DNA from: Anaerolineae bacterium
GTDB taxonomy: Bacteria > Chloroflexota > Anaerolineae > B4-G1 > SLSP01
DNA length: 64,000 nucleotides
Direction: 5' to 3'
NCBI GenBank assembly: GCA_026645815.1
Contig: JAPKMR010000007.1
Span: 25,317 to 89,316, forward strand
Within the stretch, counting starts at the first letter, position 1. Every line of letters starts with the position of its first letter. Shown piece by piece: positions 1 through 10,254 of the stretch. Below the pieces are notes generated by a model. It was not told where the DNA came from. It saw only the letters and a program-made list of their open reading frames with translations, and ran no database searches. The translations under genes and the position numbers were made by a program.

Positions 1-19
1 ATGTGCACGAGGATGGCCT

Positions 20-796
20 GTGGAACGACTTTCCCCTCTTCGTGGACGCATACTTGTTGGCTTGTATGGCACTCCCCTGGGGCGGGGATTAGGCATTCTG
101 GGAACCGCCTCTGCTACTGATACTGTTACGCTGGCGCGTGAGCAGGCAGCTGCCTATCAGGTATTGTTGACGGATACCACTGTCATGCCTTTCTTCCACA
201 TGGTGACGACAATTGCCGACCCTTTTCCTGGAGAGGATGGCGATTACAATCATCGGGTGCCTACAGCGACCATACAATTGTGGATTGACGTGGCGCGGGT
301 GCATGATTTGCTGCTGGTGCTCGATATTCAGCCGGCTCACGGCTCTTTGCCCGTTGAACTTGATTATGTGGCCCCTTTTCTACGACAGCGAGGGGTCCAT
401 TTGGCTGTAGATCCTGAATTCATGATGCCCTCTGGCGCTATTCCTGGGGAGCGTCTTGGTCGCATGGATGGGGATAGCGTCAATTTGGTGCAGGCATGGC
501 TCACAGAGCGCGCTTGGGAATCCGGCGAGCGCAAGCTCCTGATCATCCATCAATTTGATGATCGGATGTTTGAAGGTAAAGAGCGCATTAAGTCCTATCG
601 TCTGGTTGAGCTGATTTGGGACGCCGATGGATTTGGTGGACCATCAGCAAAGACTGCAGATCACCTTCAATATGCTGAAGAGCCGGGTTTTGAATACGGG
701 GGCTTTAAACTTTTCTACGATTATGATGTACCGTTGATGAGCCCGGCTGAAGTACTGCGCCTCCATCCCCGACCGGTTTTTGTTGTGTATCAATGA
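20..796 (+). CDS. Conserved hypothetical protein, probably the C-terminal domain of a lipoprotein-like protein; may be 5'-truncated by the window edge
   Basis: 258-aa ORF whose frame is open back to the window start; motifs LDIQP, HLAVDPEF, IHQF, ADGFG and GFKLFY resemble an uncharacterised lipoprotein family. Confidence 0.55.
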   Translation: MERLSPLRGRILVGLYGTPLGRGLGILGTASATDTVTLAREQAAAYQVLLTDTTVMPFFHMVTTIADPFPGEDGDYNHRVPTATIQLWIDVARVHDLLLVLDIQPAHGSLPVELDYVAPFLRQRGVHLAVDPEFMMPSGAIPGERLGRMDGDSVNLVQAWLTERAWESGERKLLIIHQFDDRMFEGKERIKSYRLVELIWDADGFGGPSAKTADHLQYAEEPGFEYGGFKLFYDYDVPLMSPAEVLRLHPRPVFVVYQ

Positions 797-883
797 TTGG
801 CAACTTTGCTGTTGCAGTCGGGCAAGCCTGTTAGGGTGGGGCAGATTGCCTGTGGCTAGCCAAATCACACGAAAGTTGTTGGT

Positions 884-3331
884 GTGAAAAACTTGCGCTC
901 TGCTTTGCGAACTTGTGGCGCGCGTTGGCGCCTTGGAAGGCGGTGGTTGGCAGGTTGCCTCGCCACGCTTATCCTGTCTGGGGTCATTGCAGGATTCTGG
1001 CTGACGTCGGATTTGCCAGCGCCTGAGGACCTCACCAACTACACTTCAGCGCCAAGCAGCAAAATTCTGGACCGCCAGGGGCGGCTCCTCTATGAAATGT
1101 TGCCTCCGTATACTGGCTCTCATTCTCCTATACCGCTTGATGAAATTCCTCTGGCTTTGCGTCAGGCCACTATTGCGGTGGAGGATGCGAACTTTTATCG
1201 CCATGCGGGATTTGATCCAGCAGGTATTTTGCGCTCGTTATGGGTAAATTGGCGTGAGGGTGAGATTGTGATGGGTGGTAGCACAATCACCCAACAATTG
1301 GCCCGCCTGCTTCTTCTCAGCCCCGATGAACGCTTTGAACGGACTGTGGTCCGCAAACTCCGCGAAGCTGTGCTTGCCTGGAATTTGACACGCCATTATT
1401 CCAAAGATGAGATTTTGACTTTCTACCTCAATGAGGTTTATTATGGGAATATGGCTTATGGCGTTGAGGCGGCAGCACGCGCCATGTTTGGCAAACCGGT
1501 GGGCGATTTGGATTTGGCAGAATGTGCGTTACTTGCCGGATTACCTCAGGCGCCGGCGATTTACAATCCGCTTGAGAATACCGGCGCGGCGTTGACACGC
1601 CAGGCGGTTGTTTTGCAGCGCATGACTGAAGAGGGTTATATTTCTGCTGCCGATGCCGAGATGGCCCGACAAGAGCGGCTCTATTTCGCAGCCACACCAT
1701 TTGGTATTCGTGCGCCACATTTCGTGATGTATGTTCGCAGCCAATTGGAGCAATATCTGGGACGCGAGCGCTTGGAGGCTGGCGGGCTGCGGATTACCAC
1801 AACACTGGATGTGGCACTCAATGAGATGACTCGTGATGTGTTGCGTGACCATTTGGCCCTGTTGGCAACCTGCGAGGGTCGAGGGCAGAACTGTCCTACA
1901 GGCGGCTATAATGTGGAAAATGGTGCAGTTGTGGCGCTCGACCCACAGACTGGTGAGATACTCGTCATGGTTGGAAGCCCGGATTACTTCTCGGCGCGTA
2001 TTGCTGGTGCAGTAAACGCTACGCTTGCTTTGCGTCAGCCAGGGTCTTCGATTAAACCACTCGCTTACGCGGCAGCTTTTGAGCAAGGCACCTTGACCCC
2101 CGCATCGGTTCTATTTGATGTACGTACCGCTTTTTCCACGCAGGAAGGGACCCCCTATGTTCCCTTGAATTACGATTCTTTGTTCCGCGGCCCCGTTCGT
2201 GCTCGGGAGGCGCTGGCATCCTCATACAATGTGCCTGCTGTGCAAGTGATAGAACGTATTGGTGTGACCTCACTGACGACTTTTGCGCGACGATTGGGCA
2301 TAACCAGCTTTGATGGTGCGACACGATTGGGGTTGGCGGCGGTGCTTGGTAGCGGTGAAGTGCGTTTGTTGGAGGAAACTGCGGCCTATGCCGTCTTTGC
2401 TAATGGTGGTTTCCGTGTCAATCCTGTGTCAATCCTCCGTGTGGAAGATACTGAGGGTAAAGAGCTTTGGCAGGGTACGGGTGGGCGTGGGGCGCAAATA
2501 CTTGATCCGCGGGTGGCTTTTCTTGTGAGCGATATTCTAAGTGATGACCTGGCTCGTGCTTCATCCTTTGGCGAAGGCAGTGTGCTCGCGTTATCTCGTC
2601 CGGCAGCGGTTAAAACTGGCACCACGACGGACTTTCGCGATAACTGGACGGTGGGTTACACGCCAGATCTGGCTGTGGGTGTGTGGGTCGGGAATGCTAA
2701 CAATACACCCATGGTGAATGTGACAGGTATCAGTGGGGCAGGACCGATTTGGCACGCGGTGATGGATCGTGCGTTACAGGGACGACCGGCGCGCACTTTT
2801 GAGCCTCCCGAAGGTCTCACCCAGGTGTCGGTTTGTGCATTGTCGGGGCAACTTTTGGGACCTGACTGCGGGCATGGAGTCACCGAGTGGTTTGTTTCCG
2901 GTACGGAACCGCAGGCGGTCTGTGATTTGCATCGGCGAATAGGGGACCGCGTGGTTGTACAATATCCTCTTGAAGTTCAAGCCTGGGCACGTGAACAGGG
3001 ACTCCTCGAATCTGTTGTAGAGCTCGAAAGCTCCGCACCCTCCGCTCCGGTCGCGGCACTCGAGTTGCTTCGCCCTGATAATGGCGCGGTCTATCAGCTT
3101 GATGCATCTCTTTCAGAAACGGCTCAGTCTATTCCTGTTAGCGCCGAAGCGACGGTGGGGTTGCGTGAAGTGACTTTTTGGGTGGATGGGATGCCGCTGG
3201 CCATTTTATCCGCACCTCCGTATATCACTTATTGGACCCTGGAATCGGGACAGCACCATTTTTCAGTGAGTGGCATTAGTCCCACAGGTACATTGATTCT
3301 GGGTGGGGAAATTACCATCACTGTAGAATGA
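884..3331 (+). CDS. pbpC: Bifunctional penicillin-binding protein, PBP1C-type (transglycosylase + transpeptidase + C-terminal Ig-like domain)
   Basis: N-terminal TM; GT51 motifs EDANFYRHAG, GGSTITQQLAR, RKLRE; transpeptidase SSIK, SYN and KTG motifs; C-terminal beta domain. Confidence 0.85.
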   Translation: MKNLRSALRTCGARWRLGRRWLAGCLATLILSGVIAGFWLTSDLPAPEDLTNYTSAPSSKILDRQGRLLYEMLPPYTGSHSPIPLDEIPLALRQATIAVEDANFYRHAGFDPAGILRSLWVNWREGEIVMGGSTITQQLARLLLLSPDERFERTVVRKLREAVLAWNLTRHYSKDEILTFYLNEVYYGNMAYGVEAAARAMFGKPVGDLDLAECALLAGLPQAPAIYNPLENTGAALTRQAVVLQRMTEEGYISAADAEMARQERLYFAATPFGIRAPHFVMYVRSQLEQYLGRERLEAGGLRITTTLDVALNEMTRDVLRDHLALLATCEGRGQNCPTGGYNVENGAVVALDPQTGEILVMVGSPDYFSARIAGAVNATLALRQPGSSIKPLAYAAAFEQGTLTPASVLFDVRTAFSTQEGTPYVPLNYDSLFRGPVRAREALASSYNVPAVQVIERIGVTSLTTFARRLGITSFDGATRLGLAAVLGSGEVRLLEETAAYAVFANGGFRVNPVSILRVEDTEGKELWQGTGGRGAQILDPRVAFLVSDILSDDLARASSFGEGSVLALSRPAAVKTGTTTDFRDNWTVGYTPDLAVGVWVGNANNTPMVNVTGISGAGPIWHAVMDRALQGRPARTFEPPEGLTQVSVCALSGQLLGPDCGHGVTEWFVSGTEPQAVCDLHRRIGDRVVVQYPLEVQAWAREQGLLESVVELESSAPSAPVAALELLRPDNGAVYQLDASLSETAQSIPVSAEATVGLREVTFWVDGMPLAILSAPPYITYWTLESGQHHFSVSGISPTGTLILGGEITITVE

Positions 3332-3368
3332 ACTTTCAAAGCTCGCACTTCGTATCAGGTGGGGGATT

Positions 3369-3671
3369 ATGAATAAGCATTTTGAATCAGTTTATGCACT
3401 TGTGTGCCAGATTCCAGCAGGCAAGGTCACAACCTATGGGCAGATTGCACGCTGGTTGGGGTGGGAGCACGGTGCGCGTACCGTCGGTTGGGCGCTGCGT
3501 TCTGCACCGGCGGATATTCCCTGGCACCGCGTGGTCAATGGGCGTGGAGGTATCAGCCTCCTCGAGAATGCCGAGCAGCGTTTGCGTCTTGAGTCCGAGG
3601 GCGTTGTCTTCGATGCACTGGGACGGATCAACCTGAAGGAATATGGTTTTGTTGGCCCGGTGGTGTTATGA
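3369..3671 (+). CDS. Alkyltransferase-like (ATL/YbaZ, MGMT-family) DNA-binding protein
   Basis: IPAGKVTTYGQIA, ARTVGWAL, and PWHRVVN (Trp in place of the catalytic Cys of PCHR). Confidence 0.9.
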   Translation: MNKHFESVYALVCQIPAGKVTTYGQIARWLGWEHGARTVGWALRSAPADIPWHRVVNGRGGISLLENAEQRLRLESEGVVFDALGRINLKEYGFVGPVVL

Positions 3672-3673
3672 GG

Positions 3674-3702
3674 TTGACAAATTGATGTGAGCGGCGTATA
3701 GT
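3674..3702 (+). promoter_or_regulatory. Sigma70-type promoter for the response regulator
   Basis: TTGACA(3674-3679)-17 bp-TATAGT(3697-3702). Confidence 0.65.
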
Positions 3703-3795
3703 GCTGATAAGTTTGTGCATCCATGATAACAGCAATTTGTGGCGGAGTAACCTGGTATCTACTTGAGTCAAGTTGCAGTACAGGAGGTCCTGCCC

Positions 3796-4461
3796 GTGGC
3801 AGATAGGATATCAGTGCTATTAGCTGAAGATCATGTATTGGTGCGCCAGGGCATACGCCGGTTTCTAGAAGCGACCGGAGATATCGAGGTCGTCGCAGAG
3901 GCGGGTGATGGTGAAGAAGTTCTACATCATCTGACTCAGCTGCATACTGATGTAGTCATTCTGGACCTGCATATGCCGAAAATGAGCGGCATTGAGGTAC
4001 TTCCGCATATCAAGCGTGATTATCCTCATGTGCGTATTCTGGTGTTGACCGCCGATGATGAGGACCCTCAGGTTCTAGCCCTGCTTGGGGCAGGTGTTGA
4101 CGGTTATATTCTGAAAACTGCTCATATTGACGAGGTGATTCGCGCCGTACGTGAAATTAATGCTGGCAATATTGTTCTCAGTCCCCAGGTTACCGAAAAA
4201 GTCGTGCGCCGAATGGCGCCAGTGACAGACCTGGGCGGTCTTTCTACTACGTTATTTGTGGAGAGTCCCACTCTAAGGGAAACCGCTGTATTACGTTTGG
4301 TGGCGCAGGGGATGACAAACCGTGAGATTGGGCAAGTGCTTTCTATCAGCCATCGTACTGTGCAGGGGCATTTAGCGAATCTCTATGGCAAGTTGAATGT
4401 CAATACTCGCACCGAAGCGGTTACCGAAGCTCTCCGGTTGGGCTGGATAGACCTTAAGTAG
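3796..4461 (+). CDS. NarL/FixJ-family response regulator (REC + LuxR HTH)
   Basis: LAEDH, DLHMP, ILK receiver motifs; TNREIGQVLSISHRTVQGHLANLYGKL HTH; GTG start at 3796 follows AGGAGG. Confidence 0.92.
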   Translation: MADRISVLLAEDHVLVRQGIRRFLEATGDIEVVAEAGDGEEVLHHLTQLHTDVVILDLHMPKMSGIEVLPHIKRDYPHVRILVLTADDEDPQVLALLGAGVDGYILKTAHIDEVIRAVREINAGNIVLSPQVTEKVVRRMAPVTDLGGLSTTLFVESPTLRETAVLRLVAQGMTNREIGQVLSISHRTVQGHLANLYGKLNVNTRTEAVTEALRLGWIDLK

Positions 4462-4498
4462 GATCTTTCTTCATATATCGGATATGAATTCAGGCTAG

Positions 4499-4523
4499 AC
4501 CCCGCCAAATGGCGGGGTTTTTT
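4499..4523 (+). terminator. Rho-independent terminator
   Basis: ACCCCGCC-AAAT-GGCGGGGT followed by a T-run. Confidence 0.85.
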
Positions 4524-4735
4524 CTAGCTGTTTAGCGCTTATCAAAACGATGTGGGTCAGGTTATAATTTTATAGTTGTGTGTAAGAGCGTCACTATATA
4601 CTGTGGGCTGAATAGATTGGGATCAGTGACGCTCGTAAAAAAAGGCGCTAGTGCTGATGGAAATAGTGGTTTTGGAAACAGCAGAGGCGCCTTTTGTGTT
4701 TCCTGGCTTAAGTGACTTGCTGACTGGTTGACGGG

Positions 4736-6133
4736 CTATTTTCTGTCAATGGTAGTTCGTAAAACCTTTGCCAGTGCAAGCGCTCGTTGGGGTGCATCGC
4801 CGACATAGGTGGTTACATCCAGTGCCGCATGAATCTCTTCCTCTGTGAGAAAGCGTTGTAGCTCCGGTTGTGCCGCCAGCATCTCCGGCAAAGTATTTTC
4901 TCTCCCGGCTTCAATTTCTCTCCAGGCTTGTAGTGCTATTTGGCGTAGGAAGCCGTGCATGACCTGCCGATCGGCGCCGGCTTGTGCTAATCGCATGAGC
5001 AGCGCTTCAATACCGGCAAATGAACCATATTGTGTCAGTGAATGGGAAAGTGCTAGCTGGTTAACCCGTAACCCGCGAACAAGTATGGTAGTGCTGCGGA
5101 TGATTTCATCAGCAGTTAGAAATGCTTCTGGGAGAATAATACGCCGGTTCGCCGAATCATCTAGCGTGCGTTCCAACAGGGATAGCGCTGCGTTATCCCA
5201 AGCTATACGGGGAATCTGGGCCAGGTAACGCGCCAGACTGTCTATTTTTTCTGCCTCGATGGGATTACGCTTGAAAGGCATAGCTGATGAGCCAACTTGC
5301 TTTTCCCTAAAAGGCTCGGCCCATTCTCCGATTGCGGGCGTTTGTAACACCCGTAAATCCATGGCGAAACGATAGAGGGTACTGCTAAGCCCGGCAAGAT
5401 GGTTAAGAATGGCCCAATCCTGGCGGCGGGGGTAGGTCTGATTTGCCAGTGACCAAGAGGGCAATCCAATCTCCGCCATTACTTGTGCTTCAAATTCGGC
5501 TGGTTCTACGCGTCCATCCAGCAATAGCGCATAGGATGCAGAGGTGCCTACCGCTCCCTTAATGCCTTTGCCGCGCCAGTTGTCTCTTGCGCGTATTAGA
5601 TCCGCACGATCTTCCAACAAGTCTTGAGCGTAGAGAGCAAGCCGGTATCCTAGTGTTGTTGGTTCGGCAGGTTGAAGATGTGTATAAGCCATGCAGATTG
5701 TATCAGCCCAGCGTTCGATTTGTTCTGCAAAGGCTTGCAGCAAATCATCAAGTCGCGCAATAACCAGATCGAGCGCTTGACGCACTTGCAGAGCCGAAGC
5801 GTTATCCTTAACATCCATGGAGGTGGCTCCCAGGTGGATAATACCGCCGCCTGTAGGGCACTGGCTGGCATAGACAGTTACCTCAGCCATCACATCGTGA
5901 TGGATTTCCGATTCCACAGCTCGTGATTGGTTCAGGTCCACTTCTTCGACGTGAGCTTCCAGATCTGCGAGTTGTGCCGCGCTCACTAACCCGTAACGGC
6001 TTTGCACACGTGCCAACGCTACCCATATACGTCGCCACAGCAGGCGCGTGGTGCGCTCGCTCCAGATCTCGCGCATTTCTGGTGAACCATAACGCCAGGT
6101 GAAAGGGGTCAGGTAAGGGTCAGCTGTGCTCAT
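4736..6133 (-). CDS. purB: Adenylosuccinate lyase
   Basis: HDVMA, HLGATS, YTHLQPAEPTT and fumarate-lyase signature GSSAMPFKRNP. Confidence 0.95.
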   Translation of the reverse strand: MSTADPYLTPFTWRYGSPEMREIWSERTTRLLWRRIWVALARVQSRYGLVSAAQLADLEAHVEEVDLNQSRAVESEIHHDVMAEVTVYASQCPTGGGIIHLGATSMDVKDNASALQVRQALDLVIARLDDLLQAFAEQIERWADTICMAYTHLQPAEPTTLGYRLALYAQDLLEDRADLIRARDNWRGKGIKGAVGTSASYALLLDGRVEPAEFEAQVMAEIGLPSWSLANQTYPRRQDWAILNHLAGLSSTLYRFAMDLRVLQTPAIGEWAEPFREKQVGSSAMPFKRNPIEAEKIDSLARYLAQIPRIAWDNAALSLLERTLDDSANRRIILPEAFLTADEIIRSTTILVRGLRVNQLALSHSLTQYGSFAGIEALLMRLAQAGADRQVMHGFLRQIALQAWREIEAGRENTLPEMLAAQPELQRFLTEEEIHAALDVTTYVGDAPQRALALAKVLRTTIDRK

Positions 6134-6321
6134 TTAAGCCTCCATAGCCATCACCTGGCTGTGTACCAGGGAATCGGCATTGACCAGTGTGATCACAGTC
6201 TAGCATAGCTTCTGGTAAGATGCAATTCCAGTTTCTGTTGGGGGTGTACGCCAGATTATCTCTGGGCATTTGCGGGCGTTTTGCGTTTTGACCAAAGCTA
6301 GATTTGGGTTATACTTTGGCT

Positions 6322-9084
6322 ATGTTGACACCGGCTTCATTATTTGATCAGAATAACTCATCCGCTTATTCGAGTGGCATTGATCCGATGGAAGCGCTCG
6401 AGGATCTGGGCCTAGGCGAGCATATCGTCGCACTCGGTGATGCCAAGGATTTGCTTGCCTCTCAACTGACGCTTGTGCGATTTGGCTTGCAGCGAAGCGC
6501 CAATCTGCGCGTGCTAGTCATTGCCCCTGATACTGCAGCTCTACATGCCGCGCTTCAGGCTGAGGGTGTGGTATTGAGCGAACTTGAAGCGCGACGCGAT
6601 TGGCAGATTTATAGCCCAACCGTTTTTCAAGATGCTACCGGAGTGCCGGATTGGATCGGTCTAGAGACATGTCTGTTTGAGACTGCACGTGACTGCATTA
6701 GCCCAGGATGCAGTCTTTTTGTAATCCTGGATGTTGCCGCTTTGTTGCCACATTGCGCCAGGCCTTCGTTGTTGGTTGATCTAGAATTTCGCATCACGAC
6801 ATGGGTAATGGCTCTGCCAGCCGTTTTTTTGTGTTGTTACGAACGACGTCTGTTTACCCCGCAAGAGCTACTGGGGGTACTGGATCAGCACCAGGTGGTG
6901 ATGCTCGGTCCGCGTTGGTATTTAAACCCCCATTATGTGTCTCCAGATCTTCAGCTGGGCACGCGCATGCTGGAGCGTCGCCTGCAAGGGTTAACGGTAA
7001 GTGCCGCTGAAATGCGCATACGCACCGGTACATCTTTGGCAAGCGAGGCGACGGCGCACAGTTTGAATGCGATGATCTGTATTTGTGCTTCTGATCACCG
7101 CATTGATTACGCCAATTCTCAGTTTTGTGAGCATCTTGGTTTTGATCCGGTGGGGCAGTCCTGTTATGATGTCTTGCGCGATTGGGGTTATCCCTGTCCT
7201 GGAAGTATTCCACCTCAAACCTATGATTCGGAGGCCGTACACTGGGAGGTTTTCCACCCGCACGACCAGCTTTGGTACTATGTGATATCCATTCCTCTGC
7301 GCCGGGGAGACGGACGATTAACTCGTCAGCTATTGGTACAAGATATCACCAACCGGCGCATGTCAGAGGTGGATTATGAGCGTCTGGTGGGTACATTGCA
7401 TCGCCGCAATTTGCAGTTGCAAACCGCGGCACGTGTTTCCCGCTCTGTCGCGCGGATTTTGGATCCTCAGCAATTGATGCACCGCACCGTGGAATTGATC
7501 CGCGAGAGCTTTGATTTCTACTATGTGGGTGTTTTTCTGGTTGACTCGCGCGGGGAGCAGGCCGTCTTGCAGGCTGGCACCGGCGAGGCGGGGCAGCGCA
7601 TGTTGACTGCCGGCTATCGCCTGCCGTTGAGCGGCGCTTCAATGGTGAGCTGGGCGATTACTCGTGGTTTGCCTCGTATCGCCTGGGATGTGGGGCAGGA
7701 TGAGGTGCATTTTAGCAACCCCTATCTACCCGAAACACGCTCTGAGATGGCGCTTCCGTTAATCAGCCGTGGGCGCTGCATCGGCGCTATCACTATCCAG
7801 GGTATGGCGGTGGATGCGTTCACGGAGGAGGATTTTCCGGTATTGCAGACCATCGCCGATCACCTCTCTGGGGCGATCGAAAACGCACGACTTTTTGAGG
7901 CAGCGCAGAATGAAATCTCTGCCCGTGCTGAGATGGAGACGGCATTACTGCGGCGCAATCGCGAACTGGCGCTACTTAACCGCGCGGGGCGCGCCCTTAT
8001 TTCTAACCTTGATTTGGATCAATTTCTGGCAACAGTGCTGGCTGAAGTGCAACATTTGCTAGAAGTTCAGTCTTCTTCTGTCTGGCTTCTGGAGACTGAG
8101 GGGGGGCAATTGGTTTGCCGGCAGGCAAGTGGGCCACGCAGCGATACGGTACGCGGATGGCGACTTAGCGAAGGGCAGGGCCTGGTCTGGTGGGCGGTCA
8201 GCAGGGGACGCAGCCTTGTTGTTGCAGATGTGTCACGAGATCCCCGTTTCTTCCCGGCAGTTAGCGATCAGGCTGGCATCAATGTGCGTTCCGTCATCAG
8301 CGTGCCCTTGTGGGTAAAACAAAGGGTGATTGGGGCGCTACAAGTTGTAGACGAGGTACCTAATCGTTTCGATGCTGCGGAAGTCAATTTGCTGGAATCC
8401 ATTGCAGCAACGATAACGATTGTTATTGAAAATGCCACGCTCTATGACCAAGCCCGTCGTGATGCGGAGACCAAGTCTTTTCTGCTGCGTGAGGTGAATC
8501 ACCGGGTAAAGAATAACTTGATGGCGATTATCGGCTTATTATATGCGGAACGCCGTCATGCAGAGATTTCTCAGCAACCGATGTACCAACAGATCATTGA
8601 TGAGATGATCGTTCGCTTGCAGGGATTGACTACCGTCCATGGGATGCTTTCTGATGCTGAATGGATGCCGTTGCGTCTTGCTGATTTGGCCGAACAAATC
8701 ATTCATTCCACACTACGCACATTGCCTTTTGGCGAAAGGGTCACGGTAACCCTTTCGCCTTCGGAGATCCAGGTAACCCCGACACAGGCACACAACCTTG
8801 CATTGATCATCAATGAACTGGTCACTAACGCACTGCGCCATGGGCTTTGTGATCGTCTTACGGCGCATCTATCTGTAAGTGCCACTACTGAGGATGGGAT
8901 GGTGCATTTCGAGTTTAGTGACGATGGCCCGGGCTTTCCTGAGGAGGTTCTTCATTGGCGGCGTTACAACGTCGGAATGGGCCTGGTACGCAATCTCATG
9001 CAACGAACGCTAAATGGGCAGGTTTTTCTTAGTAATCATAATGGTGCAGTTGTGACATTGGTTTTCCGCGATGAGGTGCCGTGA
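6322..9084 (+). CDS. Soluble sensor histidine kinase (MEDS-like, PAS, 2x GAF, HisKA_2, HATPase)
   Basis: LREVNHRVKNNL H-box (HisKA_2), NELVTNA and DDGPG motifs; two GAF domains (TRSEMALPL, RSVISVPL); probable ATG start at 6322. Confidence 0.88.
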   Translation: MLTPASLFDQNNSSAYSSGIDPMEALEDLGLGEHIVALGDAKDLLASQLTLVRFGLQRSANLRVLVIAPDTAALHAALQAEGVVLSELEARRDWQIYSPTVFQDATGVPDWIGLETCLFETARDCISPGCSLFVILDVAALLPHCARPSLLVDLEFRITTWVMALPAVFLCCYERRLFTPQELLGVLDQHQVVMLGPRWYLNPHYVSPDLQLGTRMLERRLQGLTVSAAEMRIRTGTSLASEATAHSLNAMICICASDHRIDYANSQFCEHLGFDPVGQSCYDVLRDWGYPCPGSIPPQTYDSEAVHWEVFHPHDQLWYYVISIPLRRGDGRLTRQLLVQDITNRRMSEVDYERLVGTLHRRNLQLQTAARVSRSVARILDPQQLMHRTVELIRESFDFYYVGVFLVDSRGEQAVLQAGTGEAGQRMLTAGYRLPLSGASMVSWAITRGLPRIAWDVGQDEVHFSNPYLPETRSEMALPLISRGRCIGAITIQGMAVDAFTEEDFPVLQTIADHLSGAIENARLFEAAQNEISARAEMETALLRRNRELALLNRAGRALISNLDLDQFLATVLAEVQHLLEVQSSSVWLLETEGGQLVCRQASGPRSDTVRGWRLSEGQGLVWWAVSRGRSLVVADVSRDPRFFPAVSDQAGINVRSVISVPLWVKQRVIGALQVVDEVPNRFDAAEVNLLESIAATITIVIENATLYDQARRDAETKSFLLREVNHRVKNNLMAIIGLLYAERRHAEISQQPMYQQIIDEMIVRLQGLTTVHGMLSDAEWMPLRLADLAEQIIHSTLRTLPFGERVTVTLSPSEIQVTPTQAHNLALIINELVTNALRHGLCDRLTAHLSVSATTEDGMVHFEFSDDGPGFPEEVLHWRRYNVGMGLVRNLMQRTLNGQVFLSNHNGAVVTLVFRDEVP

Positions 9085-10196
9085 TGGGTATTGTGGGACG
9101 AAGCGGGGCGCAGAGATCGCCGATTCGTGTCCTCATTGCTGAGGATGATTATCTGGTTAGCCAGATGATCCGTGGGATGCTCGAAGGTTTGGGCTATGTC
9201 GTGACGGGCGAAGCCATCAACGGACAGGAAGCTGTTGACCTGGTATTGAAAACCCATCCGGATGTGGTCTTGATGGATTGGAGTATGCCTGATATGGATG
9301 GTATCACTGCCACGCAACGTATTTTCGAATTGCATCCAACCCCGGTGGTGATGTTATCTGCTTATAGCACGCGCGATTTGATTGCGCGTGCCGGAGATGT
9401 AGGAGCCGGCGCCTACATTGTCAAGTCTCCTAACCGTCTGGAATTGGAGCGTGCTATTACCATCGCGCGAGCACGTTTCGACGATATGATGGAGTTGCGC
9501 CGGCTGAATGCGGATTTGCAGGCGCGCAATAAGGAATTGGATGCCTTTGCTGGCATTGTGGCCCACGACCTGGACACGCCATTGGCATTGTTGATCGGTT
9601 ACGCCGGTACGATCGAGCTCTTCAACGAGGAACTTTCTGATGCTGAGGTGGCGACATACCTGGAGCATATCGTCACCAACTCGAGGCGTATGGCTAACAT
9701 CGTTGATGAGCTGTTGCTCTTGGTGCAGGTTCGGAAATCTGATGTAACCCTGGGTCCTTTGCGAATGGATTTGATCGTTCAACACGCCCTCGAGCGTTTG
9801 CAAGACGCTATTAGCGTGGCCAAGGCGGAGATTGTGTTGCCTGACGAATGGCCCCAAGTGTTGGGTTACGCATCTTGGGTTGAAGAGGTGTGGGTCAATT
9901 ACCTGAGTAATGGTCTGAAATATGGTGGAAAACCGCCGCATCTTCAGATTGGAAGTGTTGTTCTGGGCAATGCAGTACGTTATTGGGTGCGCGATAATGG
10001 ATCGGGACTTACGCAAGAAGAACAAGCCCGGTTGTTTCAGCCATTCACCCGGTTGGATACCATTCGCATCAAAGGGCACGGATTGGGGCTTTCCATTGTA
10101 CGTTTCATCGTTGAAAAACTGGATGGGGTCGTTGCAGTCGAGAGCGCCAAGGGAGATGGGAGTACCTTCAGTTTTACACTCCCCATAGCGGGTTGA
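9081..10196 (+). CDS. Hybrid response regulator-histidine kinase (REC + HisKA + HATPase)
   Basis: IAEDD/MDWSMP receiver; AHDLDTPL H-box; NYLSNGLKY, DNGSG, GHGLGL. Confidence 0.9.
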   Translation: MMGIVGRSGAQRSPIRVLIAEDDYLVSQMIRGMLEGLGYVVTGEAINGQEAVDLVLKTHPDVVLMDWSMPDMDGITATQRIFELHPTPVVMLSAYSTRDLIARAGDVGAGAYIVKSPNRLELERAITIARARFDDMMELRRLNADLQARNKELDAFAGIVAHDLDTPLALLIGYAGTIELFNEELSDAEVATYLEHIVTNSRRMANIVDELLLLVQVRKSDVTLGPLRMDLIVQHALERLQDAISVAKAEIVLPDEWPQVLGYASWVEEVWVNYLSNGLKYGGKPPHLQIGSVVLGNAVRYWVRDNGSGLTQEEQARLFQPFTRLDTIRIKGHGLGLSIVRFIVEKLDGVVAVESAKGDGSTFSFTLPIAG

Positions 10197-10206
10197 TGGT
10201 AAAATG

Positions 10207-10243
10207 TGCACTTTGGGGCGCGTATAGCGCGCCCCAAAGTGCA
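10207..10243. terminator. Hairpin between convergent genes (probable terminator)
   Basis: TGCACTTTGGGGCGCG-TATAG-CGCGCCCCAAAGTGCA, a perfect 16-bp stem. Confidence 0.7.
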
Positions 10244-10254
10244 TTGGGGTATGC

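Noticed and set aside
884-3331. PBP1C without an adjacent alpha-2-macroglobulin gene
   Set aside because: The window edge hides upstream context, and stand-alone PBP1C-like genes are not unusual
9354-10244. 296-aa ORF antisense to the hybrid kinase
   Set aside because: Almost entirely overlaps a clear gene on the opposite strand; no motifs
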